Shown here: piece after piece, positions 41,586 to 55,704 of the stretch
How positions within the stretch are numbered: position 1 is the stretch's first letter
How the letters are laid out: each line of letters starts with the position of its first letter
Source: Octopus vulgaris
Taxonomy: Eukaryota
DNA length: 64,000 nt
NCBI GenBank assembly: GCA_951406725.2
Contig: OX597839.1
Coordinates: forward strand, 24,180,001 to 24,244,000
Direction of reading: 5' to 3'
Notes under the pieces: model-generated
What the model was told of the DNA's origin: nothing
The model's database searches: none
What the model saw: the letters and a program-made list of their open reading frames with translations, nothing else
Translations under genes and position numbers: made by a program

Positions 41586-41950
41586 TATTACCTCAGCCAT
41601 AGCGAAGGCGGAGGTATTGTTTTCAGTTGTGTTTGTTTGTCTGTCTGTGGACAAGATATCTCAAGAACCACTGGATGTATTCAGATGAAACTTTCAGGGA
41701 TGTTTGGCCCCGTGACTGGCACAAACTGATTAGATTTTGGGATTGATCTTGTACCGGACAAGGATTCTGGATTATTTTTCCAGTTTCTTAACTTAAATTT
41801 TGAGAGTAGTCAGGTTCATTTTTAGTATTCTTGTTCGTCAGAGCAGTTTATTTCTGATATTCTCATTTTAAAACTCATCTCTGGCTAATCGTTGAGAGGA
41901 CATTGCAGTTGCCTTAGCGGAGGTTTGCACTCTCTGGATGCTCCTGTTTC
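41586..41950 (+). mobile_element. Helentron-associated non-autonomous element (HINE/DINE-1-like)
   Basis: 5' subTIR acctcagcca with adjacent ggcggaggt hairpin; gtttgt/gtctgt microsatellite; 3' subTIR agcggaggt followed by a short stem-loop; T-rich flanks. Confidence 0.75.
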
Positions 41951-42832
41951 TTTTATTTTATTCTAACTTGAAAAAAATTTTTTCCTACCACCATGGTTTT
42001 ACGTCCCCTGTTTCCATGCTCACATGAGACAAACAGGTCATCACAGTCCAAAATAAGTTTCTTATTTCTTTATTACCCACAAGGGGCTAAACATAGAGGG
42101 GACAAACAAGGGCAGACAAAGGGAATAAGTCAATTACATCAATTCCAGTGCGTAACTGGTACTTAATTTATCGAACCTGAAAGGATGAAAGGCAGAGTTG
42201 GCCTCAGCGGAATTTGAACTCAGAACGTAACAGCAGACGAAATACCTTTAAGCATTTCGCCTGGTGCGCTAACATTTCTGCCAGCTCGCCACCTTCCAAT
42301 ATAAGTTTCTATTGGGAGCCACCGTTCTCAAAGATTGGGGGTCAACCATGTCATCTGGTTCAATTTCTGGACTGAATTCAATAACTGAACATTGATGAAA
42401 CTGATCACACACACACATGGCTACCACTTGCTACATTAACCCAGCAACAAAACCAATTCCTTTTGCGAAGGAGTGCACACAGACACATGTATGACAAGGC
42501 ATGGTTTACATATATATACACCTCCTCATGTGCCATACCCATGTTGTGCCAACTTTGTATCTGAATACAATGCAGAAGACAACTTGAGGCAAGGAGTAAC
42601 ATCCAGCACACAGCAAAACCCTTATTGTATAAGAAAACAAGAACAGAACAGAACACACACACACACATGCCTACATTCATGGAGAGCAACATGTGGGACA
42701 CATCTATTATGTACATGTGTGTTTGGATGCCCAGTTATAACATAGAGGCCTACTCAAAGTACAAGCGTATACATATGCTTTATGAGATACGCAGACCACA
42801 ATCACTTGATTACATAAAGAGGAGTTAGGGTC

Positions 42833-43032
42833 GGAGGTGCCAATAGTAGAGGAGTCAGAGTCAGAGGTGCCAATAGTAGAGGAGTCAGAGGTGCCAATAG
42901 TAGAGGAGTCAGAGTCAGAGGTGCCAATAGTAGAGGAGTCAGAGTCAGAGGTGCCAATAGTAGAGGAGTCAGAGGTGCCAATAGTAGAGGAGTCAAAGTC
43001 AGAGGTGCCGAAGGTAGAGGAGTCAGAGTCAA
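42833..43032. repeat. 21/27-bp minisatellite (gaggtgccaatagtagaggagtca[gagtca])
   Basis: About eight units seen directly. Confidence 0.95.
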
Positions 43033-44181
43033 AGTTTTTTGTTTTGACTCTCCATGTGTATATACAGGGTGGCAATAAAGTCACTATACAGTTAATTACA
43101 ATAACAATTAAGACAAAGCAATCAATCAAAAGTCCAGAAATTTATTATTAAAACGGTTCTGGTTAGTAACAAGAAAATGCTATGGCAAACAATAGTAAAT
43201 TAATTACCGATACTGATCAAACTGCCTTCGAATGATGCCACCCTGCTGGCTAAGCGAGCAGACCAATAATACCCCTGATTGGAAGGCAATTCCGTCACAG
43301 GGTGACACATTGACAGCTGAGTGGACTGCAGCTACATAAAATGAAGTGTTTTGCTCAAGAACACAACGTGCCACTCGATCCAAGAATCGATCACACAATC
43401 TAGCAACTGTGGAGTGCAACACCCTAACCACTAGGGTACACCTTCAGATGTAATGTGTGTGTGTGTGTGGTAAGTAGCTTGCTTCCTAACCACATGGTTC
43501 TGGGTTCAGTCCTCACTGCATGGCATTTGGGCAACTGTCTTGTACTATAGCCTCAGGCTGACCAAAGCCTTGTTAGTGGATTTGGTAGATAGAAACCGAA
43601 AGAAGCCTATGTTGGTGTGCTTAAGTTGCCACAACTTAGCAGTTCAACGAAAGGCAACTGATAGAACAAGTACCAGGCTTACCGAAAACATTAAGTACTG
43701 GGGTCGATTCAATTGACTTAAAAATTCTTCAAGGCAATGCCTCAGCATGGCCACAGTCTAACGACTGAAACCAGTAAAGGATAAAATATATGTGTGTGTG
43801 TGTGTGTGTATACTGATTAAGTTTTATTATTATTCTCTTAACTGTGTTTTGTTATGTGTGTGACTCACTGCTCTGTGTGAAACCAGTCTGTGGAGCAGAA
43901 AAGAGGTCAGAGGTCACTATGCTATATTACAGAAGTGAGATGTTACAGTAGAGGAGTACAACATAAAAAAAAAGAGAACAACAGAACCATATATAGAAAA
44001 AGCAAGACCCCCACTGTATGGGCATTCAATATTGGAATACTCCTTAAGGCAGAAAATTGGCAGAATTGTTAGCACATCAGGCAAGGTGCTTAGTGGCATT
44101 TCATCTGTCTGTATGTTCCGAGTTCAAATGCCATTGGGGTTGGCTTTGCCTTTTATCCTTTTGGGGTTGATAAAATAAGTC

Positions 44182-44482
44182 TTTTTAAAGGGCTTAGAAA
44201 AACTGAAGGATCATTGTAATAAGGGGGTGAAACCGAGAAAGGAAGATGCTGGATTAGAATACTCAAATTCCACCGAGGTTAACTCTGCCTTCCATCCTTT
44301 TGGGGTTGACAAAATAAGTACCAGTTGAACACTTGGGTCGAAGTAAGTTGACTTACTAGGAGCAGGTGACGGAAAGTTCCTGGCTTTAATTTTATCATGA
44401 AAGGTCTGGTTGGAGGCCTAACCTTCTGAGTTCATTTTACAGGGCTTAGAAAAACTGAAGGACCACTGTAATAAGTGGGTGA
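44182..44482 (+). mobile_element. Two mariner-derived fragments interleaved with SINE B pieces
   Basis: agggcttagaaaaactgaagga.ca.tgtaataag (GLEKLKDHCNK) occurs twice and resembles a mariner transposase C-terminus. Confidence 0.45.
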
Positions 44483-46528
44483 CGTAATCAACTTATCACC
44501 TCTCCTTAAATTGCTGGCCTTGTGCCAAAACATGAAATCAATATTAGAATACATTTCTCTGAAGTATCTTTCCCTTCAGCCATATTTAGCAGATAAAGTT
44601 TTTTTTAACCAAGCAGTTCAAAAGTTCAAATCCTCTACAAGTGTTTCATAATCTCCTCGGTCAGTAGGAGATACACACTTCATTCGTAATCTTTCAGTCC
44701 ATGGAGCTGCCACTCAAAAGTCACGAGATCCATGGGGAAAGTTACTCAAGATGAACTAGCGCCATATCCAGGAAGTCACAACATTTTATCCACTTCAGCA
44801 TTCTAAGCCTTCAAACACATTTACAATCATTTGAATTATTCCTTTTGTAAAAATCATGCCAAAAGCAGACCTCACTGGTGCTGGTGCCATGTAAAAAAGC
44901 ACCCAGTCCATTCTGTAACGTGATTAGCATTAGGATGAGCATCGAGCTGTGAAAACCATGCCAAAAGCAGACTTCAATGGTGCAGGTGCCATGTAAAAAG
45001 CATTTAGTCCACTCTGTAAAGTGGTTGATGTTAGAAAGCAGACACACAGCTGTAGAAACTGTCCCAAAGCAGACGGTGTGGATCTCCAACTTGTCACCTC
45101 CTGTCAAACCATCCCTCCCATGCCAGCATGGAAGATGGCTGCTAAACGATAATGATGCTTATGTATTTGTTTTGCAAATTAGTATAAACACTGAAGTTTC
45201 ATGACTAATCCTAAATGTAACATCATCAACATCCATCATCAAAAGGCAAAACTGTTGACTAGAATGTTCTGGTACTTAATTTATCGACCCCGAAAGGATG
45301 AAAGGCAAAGTCAACCTCGGCGGAATTTGAACTCAGAATGTAACGGCAGACGAAATACGGCTACGCACTTCGCCCGGCGTGCTAACGATTCTGCCAGCTC
45401 GCCGCCCTGAAAGTGTCTCCTTCATGGCTAAGGTATTCAACTCAAGATCCCAAGTTCCTGGCAGTGGGTCGTGCCCTTCAGCGAGACACTTTACTATGTG
45501 CTACTCCATTCCACTCAGCTGGTAAAAATGAGTAGGACCTGTATTAGCCTTTCCCTTGGATAAACAAAAGTGATACAAAGAGGGGAGACCTGCCATGCTG
45601 GGGCAATCTGTTAGTTTCCCCCACCAAAACAATCCAGCCTAAATCAACAGTTACTGATTGAGGTTCTCAGTTTTATATCCTCCTCCTCATCATTACCATC
45701 AACATGCATAATATGAACTTTAGGGTTAAGGAATTGGTGAAAAAGTCTTGCTATTCTAAAAATTGGAATCATCTTTGATATTTACTTCTGTGATGTGTGT
45801 GTATGTATATGTGTGTAAGCTTGTCACAACATCACTGGACAGTCGTAAACAAACATCCCCACCATACAAGTGGTGCTGTTTGCTTCCAGTCTTCGGTGAC
45901 AAACACATCTGGCCATAGAGAATCTGCCTCGATAAATTGTCTGGCATCATGCGAGTATGAAAAGCGGACCTTAAAGTAATGGCGGTGCTGTTGTTCTTGA
46001 GACCTCTTCCCACCCCCACCTCCTAGGTTAACTCTCTCGATATTTCTTTTGAAATACAGTTTTTGTTTCAAGTAGTCTTGAAAATAATAAAGAACGTGAC
46101 CCTCCTGGTGCCGTTCCCACAAAAAAAGCACTCAGTCCTCAGTGTAAAGTGGTTGGTGTCAAGAAGGGCATCCAGCAGTAGAAACCAAGCCAAAACAGAC
46201 ACTGGAACCTGATGTGGCTCCTGGCCCTTACCAGCTCCTGTGGAATCATCCAACTCATGCCAGCATGGAAAATAGACGTTAAATGATGGTGAAGACAATG
46301 AACTTCGTTCTCGTTAAGCTGATGTTTTGAGAACAAAGCTTATGGAAGGTTTTAATTGCAATCACTTTGAAACAGGATCATGTTTGCATCATAGAACTAG
46401 GGGCAATTTCAGGCTGATTGGTATGAAAAGGGTTAAAACATGTCCCAGCAGACCAAACCAAAAGCATCTCAACCTCCCCCATCACAAACAATGGAAGACA
46501 GCCTTTGTCATTATATCTTCTCCATTCT

Positions 46529-46843
46529 TGGAGCCATATTTGGCTGCGTGCACCACACACACAGATATGAAGGTAAAGGGGAGGACGAGAGACCGCAAGC
46601 ATTTAAGGCGGCGTGCTGGCAGACTCGTTAACGCGCCGGGCAAAATGCTTAGCGGTATTTCGTCTGTCGTTACGTTCTGAGTTCAAATTCCGTCGAGGTC
46701 GACTTTACCTTTCATCCTTTCGGGGTCGATAAATAAAGTACCAGTTTCGCACTGGGTGGGGGGTCGATGTAATCGACTTAATCCCTTTGTCTGTCCTTGT
46801 TTGTCCCCTCTATGTTTAGCCCCTTGTGGGTAATAAAGAAATA
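46529..46843 (+). mobile_element. Chimeric insertion: captured local sequence + SINE family B (Meta-domain-like)
   Basis: 17-bp TSD tatatcttctccattct (46512-46528, 46844-46860); 46535-46606 matches 48450-48532; SINE from about 46605. Confidence 0.85.
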
Positions 46844-47386
46844 TATATCTTCTCCATTCTGTCATAGAACTGCAAGATACAACCTGAAGGAGAGTTGGCT
46901 GTCATTTTTATCCAGTCAAGTGATCCCACAGATGCTTTGGTCAGCACCATTATTAGACAGGGGCTTCAGGTTTTGCTGGTTGGGTGTGTGTGACAGGATA
47001 CACCAAGTTATAACCGTCACATGTAACAGCAGTAATTACAACTAAATGTAAATAAAGTCTGGTAATTAGTACAGAATGATGAACTGAAATTACCAACACT
47101 AATTGGCACCATAGTCATAATAAAGTTAGAGAAGCTGTGATGCTCATGGCTTTCCCCAAATATTACTGATGTCAAACTATAATCACGTGATAGTAATAAG
47201 GGGTTTCTGACGTTGGTACAAAGTCGAATATTTTGAGGGACAGAATCCTTTATCTGTTCACATCTGGGATGTTCTATAAGAAGAATATTAAATTAACCCC
47301 AGAAGAATCAAAGACGCTGGTCTTTTCTATTATAATTCAAATTCCCATCTAGGAACGTGTAACAGAAATATTAAATCTACCCCATA

Positions 47387-47805
47387 GGCGCAGGAGTGGC
47401 TGTGTGGTAAGTAGCTTGCTAACCAACCACATGGTTCCGGGTTCAGTCCCACTGCGTGGCATCTTGGGCAAGTGTCTTCTGCTATAGCCCCGGGCCGACC
47501 AATGCCTTGTGAGTGGATTTGGGAGACGGAAACTGAAAGAAGCCTGTCGTATATATATATATGTATATGTGTGTGTTTGTGTGAATGTGTTTGTCCCCCT
47601 AGCATTGCTTGACAACCGATGCTGGTGTGTTTACGTCCCCGTCACTTAGCGGTTCGGCAAAAGAGACCGATAGAATAAGTACTGGGCTTACAAAAGAATA
47701 AGTCCCGGGGTCGATTTGCTCCTCGACTAAAAAAAGGCGGTGCTCCAGCATGGCCGCAGTAAAATGACTGAAACAAGTAAAAGAGTAAAAGAGAGAGTAA
47801 GAGTA
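47387..47805 (+). mobile_element. SINE family A, full length, young
   Basis: Intact head, CORE-like segment, internal microsatellite and (gtaaaaga)n tail. Confidence 0.92.
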
Positions 47806-48430
47806 CTCGACCGGGTTGTACTTATTTCATTGAACTCCAGAAGGACAAACAGAAAAGTTGATCCGGGGCAAATAAGGAGGAGGAGGGGGGGACGGGGGCG
47901 CTTAGGACGTAAAGGGACGCAACCCAAATAATGTTCGAGGGAGACGGAAATATACAAGCACACACACACATAGATATATATATATGGTTTCTCCCTGGTC
48001 TATCATTTGAAGTCGACAAGAAAACTACTCGTGCTAAAGTGGAGTTAGCATTCATTTACGAGGATGGTGGTGGCGGCGTCGGAGGTGGGAAAGCAGCGGT
48101 GGTCTCGAGGGGATTAACTAAACAGTGGGAGTCTGTGTGGATAATGGGGGAATTAAAAACACACACAGACAGACACACAATATTGCAAACACGAGTATAT
48201 ATATATTATGTGTGTGTGTGTGCGCTTGTGCACACACACACACACACATATATACACCGTAAATATATGCACACACAGCAGTGTGTGTGTGGAGCTGAAA
48301 TTACCGTCTGTGTTGCGAGTTGCCATTCATCACGTAACCATCACGTGATCAGCAATATTTACAAAACTCGGAGTTTACAACGGAGAGTAAATCTCACCGC
48401 CGCAGCGAATACTCACACTACCTCACCCAC

Positions 48431-48610
48431 CTTCGTAACTCCAGATATACATATTTGGCTGCGTGCACCACACACATACACACAGATAGATATGAAGGTG
48501 AAGGGGGAGGACGAGAGACCGCAAGCATTTAATATACTCGAGATCCAGAGAGATCGAGTAACAATGGCAATAGTTCTCCCCCACCCCCGAGCATTTAATT
48601 TTAAGGTCAA
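48431..48610 (-). other. Candidate exon with start codon (MYIWSYE + phase 1)
   Basis: Minus-strand pyrimidine tract + cag acceptor (48611-48613); ATG at 48452; AAG|gtgggt donor; alternative gtgagt donor at 48411-48416. Confidence 0.35.
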
Positions 48611-49706
48611 CTGACAGCGAAAAAAAGGAACGATGGGAATAAATAAGAAATAAAAGAAAGAAAGACGATAAGGCAAAAAGATAAGAGAGAATTAAGTCCA
48701 GCAAGCAACGGCAGTTTAGGTCTCGATTCCGACTTAATGGACAACAACAATAATAACAATAATATAATAATAATGATGATGATGATGGGTGTATGTAAAT
48801 AAATCCGGTCGAGGGGAAATTGATAAAGAACAACAGCAATGGCTTCTTATATTTATGTCAGAGCTGGAAAGTGATGGGAAGATGTGGTGTTCATGTCTTT
48901 CCCCAAGGGCATTGGGTGACCAGCAGGAGCGAAGACGAAGAAAGAGTGGATAGACGGAACGCAACGACGGCGAATAACGGACGAATAAGGGAGGGAGTAG
49001 TTCGTATGAGTACGCATATGTATGTGTATGTATATATACATATATATATGTGTATATATACATACATGGGTGTGTGTTACTGTGGCATAGCTTTAGTTGC
49101 AGGTGCGACAGTATCACATACCTGTCTATCACACAGACATTATTTATTTATTTATATACACACACATACATACATGCATATATACACTCAGACACGTCTA
49201 TACACAGACAACTATGGCATCAGTAAGGAAAAAGCATACCCTTAAAAGCCACAAAAGCAGCTCAACTATTTACTCCTGTATCCCCCATCGATACACACAC
49301 ACATACACACATATATATATGTATTTATCTATATCCGACACACAGACAGCAGTGGCTATGGCTGTAAGCAGCTACAGCCGAGAAGGCAGTGTATATATGC
49401 TCATACACACATGCACGTGTGTGTGTGTGTGTGTGTGTGTGTATAGACATATTCGTACGCAAGTACATGTACGTAGACATACAAGCTACCGTCTTTATAA
49501 TATCGGTTGAAGAAGGCACCTACACCGAGAGAGGAGAGCTTAGAGGCAGATATTCACGTCGGTGAGGAAAGGGGGGAAAGGGGGGGGGGGTGATGTGAAA
49601 TGAATGAAGAGTGCTTGATGGTACCAAAGGTAGTCGGGGGAGTGCAAGGGATTGAATGGCAGACAAGAGGCCGATCAACCCGGTTCATCCAGGTCAACGT
49701 GCGCGC

Positions 49707-49865
49707 GTGTGTGTATATATATATATATATATATAACTGCATGTATGTTTACACACATATAGACATACATACATACATTACAAGATTGCGTGTGTGTGTA
49801 TATATATATATATATATAACTGCATGTATGTTTACACACATATAGACATACATACATTACAAGAT

Positions 49866-49899
<34 letters not shown>

Positions 49900-49948
49900 A
49901 CTGCATGTATGTTTACACACACATATAGACATACATACATTACAAGAT

Positions 49949-49993
<45 letters not shown>

Positions 49994-50041
49994 CTGCATG
50001 TATGTTTACACACACATATAGACATACATACATTACAAGAT

Positions 50042-50075
<34 letters not shown>
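49707..50075. repeat. ~80-90-bp tandem repeat x4 with embedded variable (GT)n(TA)n
   Basis: Unit core ataactgcatgtatgtttacac..tagacatacatacattacaagattg. Confidence 0.95.
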
Positions 50076-50854
50076 GTAGGTATTATATAGGAAGCTAGCA
50101 ACTATGGCCTGACAAGACAGCAAGCTATGTTGGTGGTGAAACTAGGGGAAACGGAAGAAGGGGCAATAAAACTGTAAGCAGCAAAGGCATAAAAAGTCTG
50201 GGGGTTTGTAACGAGGGGTTATTTAAAGAGGCGTGGATATTTTCTGCTTCCTTCCAATATTACATATATTAAACATACACACACACACATATATATATAT
50301 ATATCTACATAGAATAAATACATGCACAACACGCATCCGAATATATATAGATATGTATATATAATATATGGAAATTAGAAGGGGGGAGAGAGAGTTCTAT
50401 AATGAACTCGCCAACCTAGAAGGCATACAATATACGCAGCAGGCAAATAGGTAAAGCAGATCTATCATATGTAGATATGCACGTATGTATGTGTGTAAGC
50501 CTATCTATCTATATATATATGTGTGTGTATTGACACATATATATATAAAGCGATATCTTCTGATGACAATGAAATGGCAGATATAACTCCGACCCTTTAC
50601 GTACAGTTTTATATGCGTGTGTGTATGTGTGTGTGTGTGTATATACGTACACAAACTTATCTATATTTACGCCACAGCTGCTATACATAGAGACACACAC
50701 AAGAGGACAGGACAGTTTTCTTCGTTGTGAGGATTATCTTTTAAAGGCATCTTCAAAAGAAAAAAAGAAAAACAGTTGATGTCTTCCACTTTTAAGAGAC
50801 GACAACACAAGAAAGAGAAAATAGCCTAAAAACAACCAAGAGAAAGAAAAGGAA

Positions 50855-50923
<69 letters not shown>

Positions 50924-51552
50924 GATAGATAGATAGATAGAGTGTGAGAGAGAGAGAGAGGGGATATGTGAAAGATAGATAGACAGACAGGAAGAGAGAC
51001 AGAGAAAGAGATTGACAAAGTGAGAGATGGAGAGAGTGAACAACAAAGAGCACTGGCGTATTAGATTATACACACACACACACACACATTATATATACAT
51101 ACACACATATATATATGATGGATGATGATGGTGTGTATATATATATATATGTAGAGAGTCCATCCATCCAGGTCTGCAAGCATATCTCAACTGTAGACGA
51201 CACTTCCTGAAAACAAGACCTACCAATGCAATAATAATAATAATGATGATGATGATGATGATAATGAATGAATGGTCATTAAGTAATAATAGGGAACATA
51301 TAGATATAGACAGATATATATATATATAGGATACAATAATAGACATACATACTATGTGGAGTGAATCATAGTCGCTGGGGTAAAGAGCAATAATGATAAA
51401 CTTGCTCGATCTCTCTCTCTCTCTTTTTTTTTTGGCTGTTCAACACAAATGTAATAATAATTGGTAGCACTGTTTTGTTTTTCCTCTGTGTGTGTGTGTA
51501 TATATATATATATATACGTGTGTGTGTCTATATTTTCCTATCCGAAGGGTCT

Positions 51553-51589
<37 letters not shown>

Positions 51590-51929
51590 ATATATATGTG
51601 TAGATATTTGGTTACTTGGTTACTTTTTTTTCGTGTCTCTTCACTTGAGGTAAAAAATCTCATTCCGGATCGAGATCGGATCACATCTGACCATCATCAT
51701 CATCATCATCATCGTCGTCATCATCGTTGTAGTTACCAAAGGAGGAGATCTAATCACGCTGACTTAGCAACCAGCCATGCAGTCTCACTTCTTTGCTTTT
51801 CTTCTTTTTTACATTATATCTCCTCTTTTTTTTTTCTCCTTATTTCCCGATCGGGTTCCTCTTCCGTCTCTCTCCCCCCTTGTTTCGCCTTTTGTTGTTT
51901 AATCAAGGGGAGAGATGTACGTAAATAAA

Positions 51930-52280
51930 AAGCCTGGTGGTGCTCTCAGGGTTGCGTTATTGGCCCCGGCGAGAGTGGAGCTCGAATCGCATCGTGTAAT
52001 ATAATAAACGATCACAATAACCATATAGACGTGTATATTAAACCAGGATGAAGAGAAGAAGAGAAAAAAAAAAAAAAAGAAAATAGGGGGGAAATAAAAC
52101 TGGGGAATAAAGTCTCAAGTGATCGTCATCGTTTAGCGGCAGCGAGAGCTGGACACGGCCATGTTGGTGTGTACGCCGAGTACGACTATGTTACAAGGCC
52201 GTTGATTGGCTGCTTTCACGGCTGCTGTTTTCACTTTACTTGACATCCACCTAACAAGAGTCACACTCACTGCAGTGGAG
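51930..52280. promoter_or_regulatory. CpG-containing promoter-like island
   Basis: Two attgg (CCAAT) boxes near 51959 and 52205; YY1-like gccatgttg; adjacent (GA)n. Confidence 0.35.
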
Positions 52281-52617
52281 AGAGAGTGAGAGAGTGAGTG
52301 AGAGAGAGAGAGAGAGGGGGAAGAAAGAGAGGAGAGATCAAGCACTTTAACACTTTTACTCACTCTCTCTCTGTCCATAGTTCATTCATTCATCTCTCTC
52401 TCATTACATATAATTGTGTGTATGTATCTACACACACACACACACACACACACATGCATGCATATATACATATCGCTCAGTCAATCACCCACAAAAATCA
52501 ATCAATCGAAATCTCTCATTTATATATATATATACACGCGCGCACACGCACACACATTATTTCTCGTTTGTTCACCCACAAATTCAATCGCTTAATCTAT
52601 CAGTCTCTCCCCCACAA

Positions 52618-52766
52618 ATATATATACATATACATATATATATACATACATATACATACATATATATATATACATATATATACATATATGCATATATACA
52701 TATATATATATATACATATATACACATACATATATATATATATATATACACATACATATATATATA

Positions 52767-52818
<52 letters not shown>

Positions 52819-52888
52819 CATATATATATACACATACATATATATACATATATACATACATATATATATACATACATATATACATACA

Positions 52889-52928
<40 letters not shown>

Positions 52929-53388
52929 CATACATATATACATACATATATATATACATATATATATACATACACATATATACATACATATATATATATA
53001 TATATATACATACACATATATACATATATATATACATATATACATACACATATATACATACACATATATACATATATATATATATATACATATATACACA
53101 TATATACATATATATATATACATATACATATATACATACACATATATATATATATATATACATATATACATACACATATATACATATATATATATACATA
53201 TATACATACACATATATACATATATATATATACATATATACATACACATATATACATATATATATACATATATACATACACATATATACATATATATATA
53301 TATACATATATACATATATATATACATATACACACACATATATACACATATATACATACATACATATATACATATACATATATACATA
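52618..53388. repeat. (TA)n/(TACA)n compound microsatellite
   Basis: Seen directly; source of the 250-424 aa spurious ORFs. Confidence 0.98.
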
Positions 53389-53468
53389 TCTTTATTCCTG
53401 TCTTTCCATCGTCCACCCCTCCCAGCACATGGAAAAAAAGGAGGCTGTTGAATTTAATATAAGCATTT

Positions 53469-53508
<40 letters not shown>

Positions 53509-53669
53509 ACACACACACACATATATATATATATGTATGTATATGCAGTGCAACTTAACCGAAAATCGATAATCAAGAAATGCAACGACGTAAGCATCTT
53601 GTTCAAAATGTAGAGGAAAAGGGAATAGATATATAGACATACATACATATACAGTGGCTGTATGCATAC

Positions 53670-53703
<34 letters not shown>

Positions 53704-53716
53704 TGTATACATGTAT

Positions 53717-53751
<35 letters not shown>

Positions 53752-53813
53752 CGTGCATCTGTGTGTGTTAATAACAAAGTATTAAAGAAGGATGTCTACG
53801 TAGACATCACAGC

Positions 53814-53865
<52 letters not shown>

Positions 53866-54181
53866 GTTCATGTGTGTGCATAAGGGATTCTAACAGCAGC
53901 TGTAATAGGAGACACACACACATACACACATGAAACGAAAATAGTTTGTGTCTGGAAATATGCAGCTAAAATATATATACATATATATATATATATATGT
54001 ATTTATTATACAGATCTCTTTCTCTCTATTACTTTCAATCCACCGCTTCTGCAATAATGCTGCTCCTTTGCTTTTGATCGATATACGCATGTACTATCCT
54101 GTCTGCATTTAAGTACACCGCACACACACGCACATACATACACACACACACACCGTATATATACATATACATATGAATATA

Positions 54182-54591
54182 TATTTCTTTATTGCCCACA
54201 AGGGGCTAAACATAGAGGGGACAAACAAGGACAGACAAAAGGGATTAAAGTCGATTACATCGACCTCCAGTGTGTAACTGGTACTTAATTTATCGACCCC
54301 GAAGGGATGAAAGGCAAAGTCGACCTCGGCGGAATTTGAACTCAGGACGTAACGGCGGACGAAATACCTTTTTCTTTACTACACACAAGGGGCTCAACAC
54401 AGAGAGGACAGACAAAGGGATTAAGTCGATTACATCGACCCCAGTGCGTAACTGGTACTTAATTTATCGACCCCGAAAGGATGAAAGGCAAAGTCGACCT
54501 CGGCGGAATTTGAACTCAGGACGTAACGGCAGACGAAATACGGCTAAGCACTTCGCCCGGCGCGCTAACGTTTCTGCCAGCTCGCCGCCTT
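54182..54591 (-). mobile_element. SINE family B head-to-tail dimer
   Basis: Full unit 54370-54591 joined to a headless unit 54182-54369. Confidence 0.88.
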
Positions 54592-55242
54592 ATATACACG
54601 AATATAGATATAGATACCAACAGAAAACTGCATACATGTATATTTGTGTGTGTACTGTATGTATGTGTGAATAGCATGTGCGTATACATACACAGGCGCA
54701 AGTGTGGCAGTATGATAAGAAGCTTGCTTCCCAACCCCATGGTTCCGGGTTCAGTTCCGCTGCGTCGCATCCCATGCAAGTGTTTTCTACTATAGCGCCA
54801 GGCCGACCAAAGCCTTGTAAGTGGATTTGGTAGACGAAATCTGAAAGAAGCCAGTCGTTGAGATGTGTGTGTATGTGTCTTTGTGTGTCCCGCCGCCCGC
54901 TCGACAACCGGCGTTGGTTGGTTTGCATCCGTTTGACTTAACCGCTCGGCAAAAGAGTTCAATAGATTACCAGGTTTATTCACACACACACATACACATT
55001 CGATGATGATGGCTGTCCACTCGTGACCGAGGAAACCATCATGCAAAATGCCAGCAATGCCCGTGCACGAGGCTACTGCACCATCAGATGGTTTCTCCAG
55101 GGTCTGCATCCGCGGTTTCCATGCTTGGAGACCTCCTACTTGAACGGACATCGGACAGTTCGCCTCGCCGGAAATTGCACAACCTAACATTTCAAATCCA
55201 ATAAGGCTTGCACAACACCTTACAGGCTCTCTGCCCCCTATC

Positions 55243-55482
55243 AAGAGAAATGCATCGAGCAAACGTTGACAGATTGTAAAAAGGCCAAATGACGGACCCT
55301 GCAATTAAATTATACAATTTAATTACAATTTAACTTTCGACAATCTTATGCTGTTCGAGGCTTCTAAACTGCTGACATTGTTCTATTGTCTCTAATTGTG
55401 TGCTGCTGGTTTAACAATGGTGGAAGGAACGGGTCGTTGTTGATGTTCTTGTTGTAGTCGTTGTTTCAACAAAGGAACGGGG
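55243..55482. repeat. Local duplicate of 58346-58517 + 58886-58938 (empty-site copy)
   Basis: Near-identical aagagaaatgcatcgagcaaacg...ggaacgggtcgttgttgatgtt. Confidence 0.92.
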
Positions 55483-55672
55483 ATCAGAAATAAATAACAT
55501 CGATGGCATGGAGAAGAGAGGCTGGTATGCAGGGGCGACTGCTGGTCTTCCATAAAAATAAGCCTAGGTTGTGCGTTCGCCGGTGGAGACGACTTTCCGC
55601 CCAGACTTGTACCCCAGAGGGGAACCTCTTAGGTGCACCCATGGTCATTCGTAACCGACGGAGGAGTCCAGT

Positions 55673-55704
<32 letters not shown>

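Noticed and set aside
45835-45990. Possible RTE fragment (MPDNLSRQILYG)
   Set aside because: Only one short motif matches; too weak to annotate.
52298-53572. Long ORFs of 250-424 aa (also near 9.7, 24.7, 28.0 and 39.0 kb)
   Set aside because: Translations of stop-free (TA)/(CA) microsatellites ([12 protein letters not shown]); no domain signal.
54516-55304. 262-aa ORF
   Set aside because: Reads through SINE A, SINE B and microsatellite sequence; a chance open frame.
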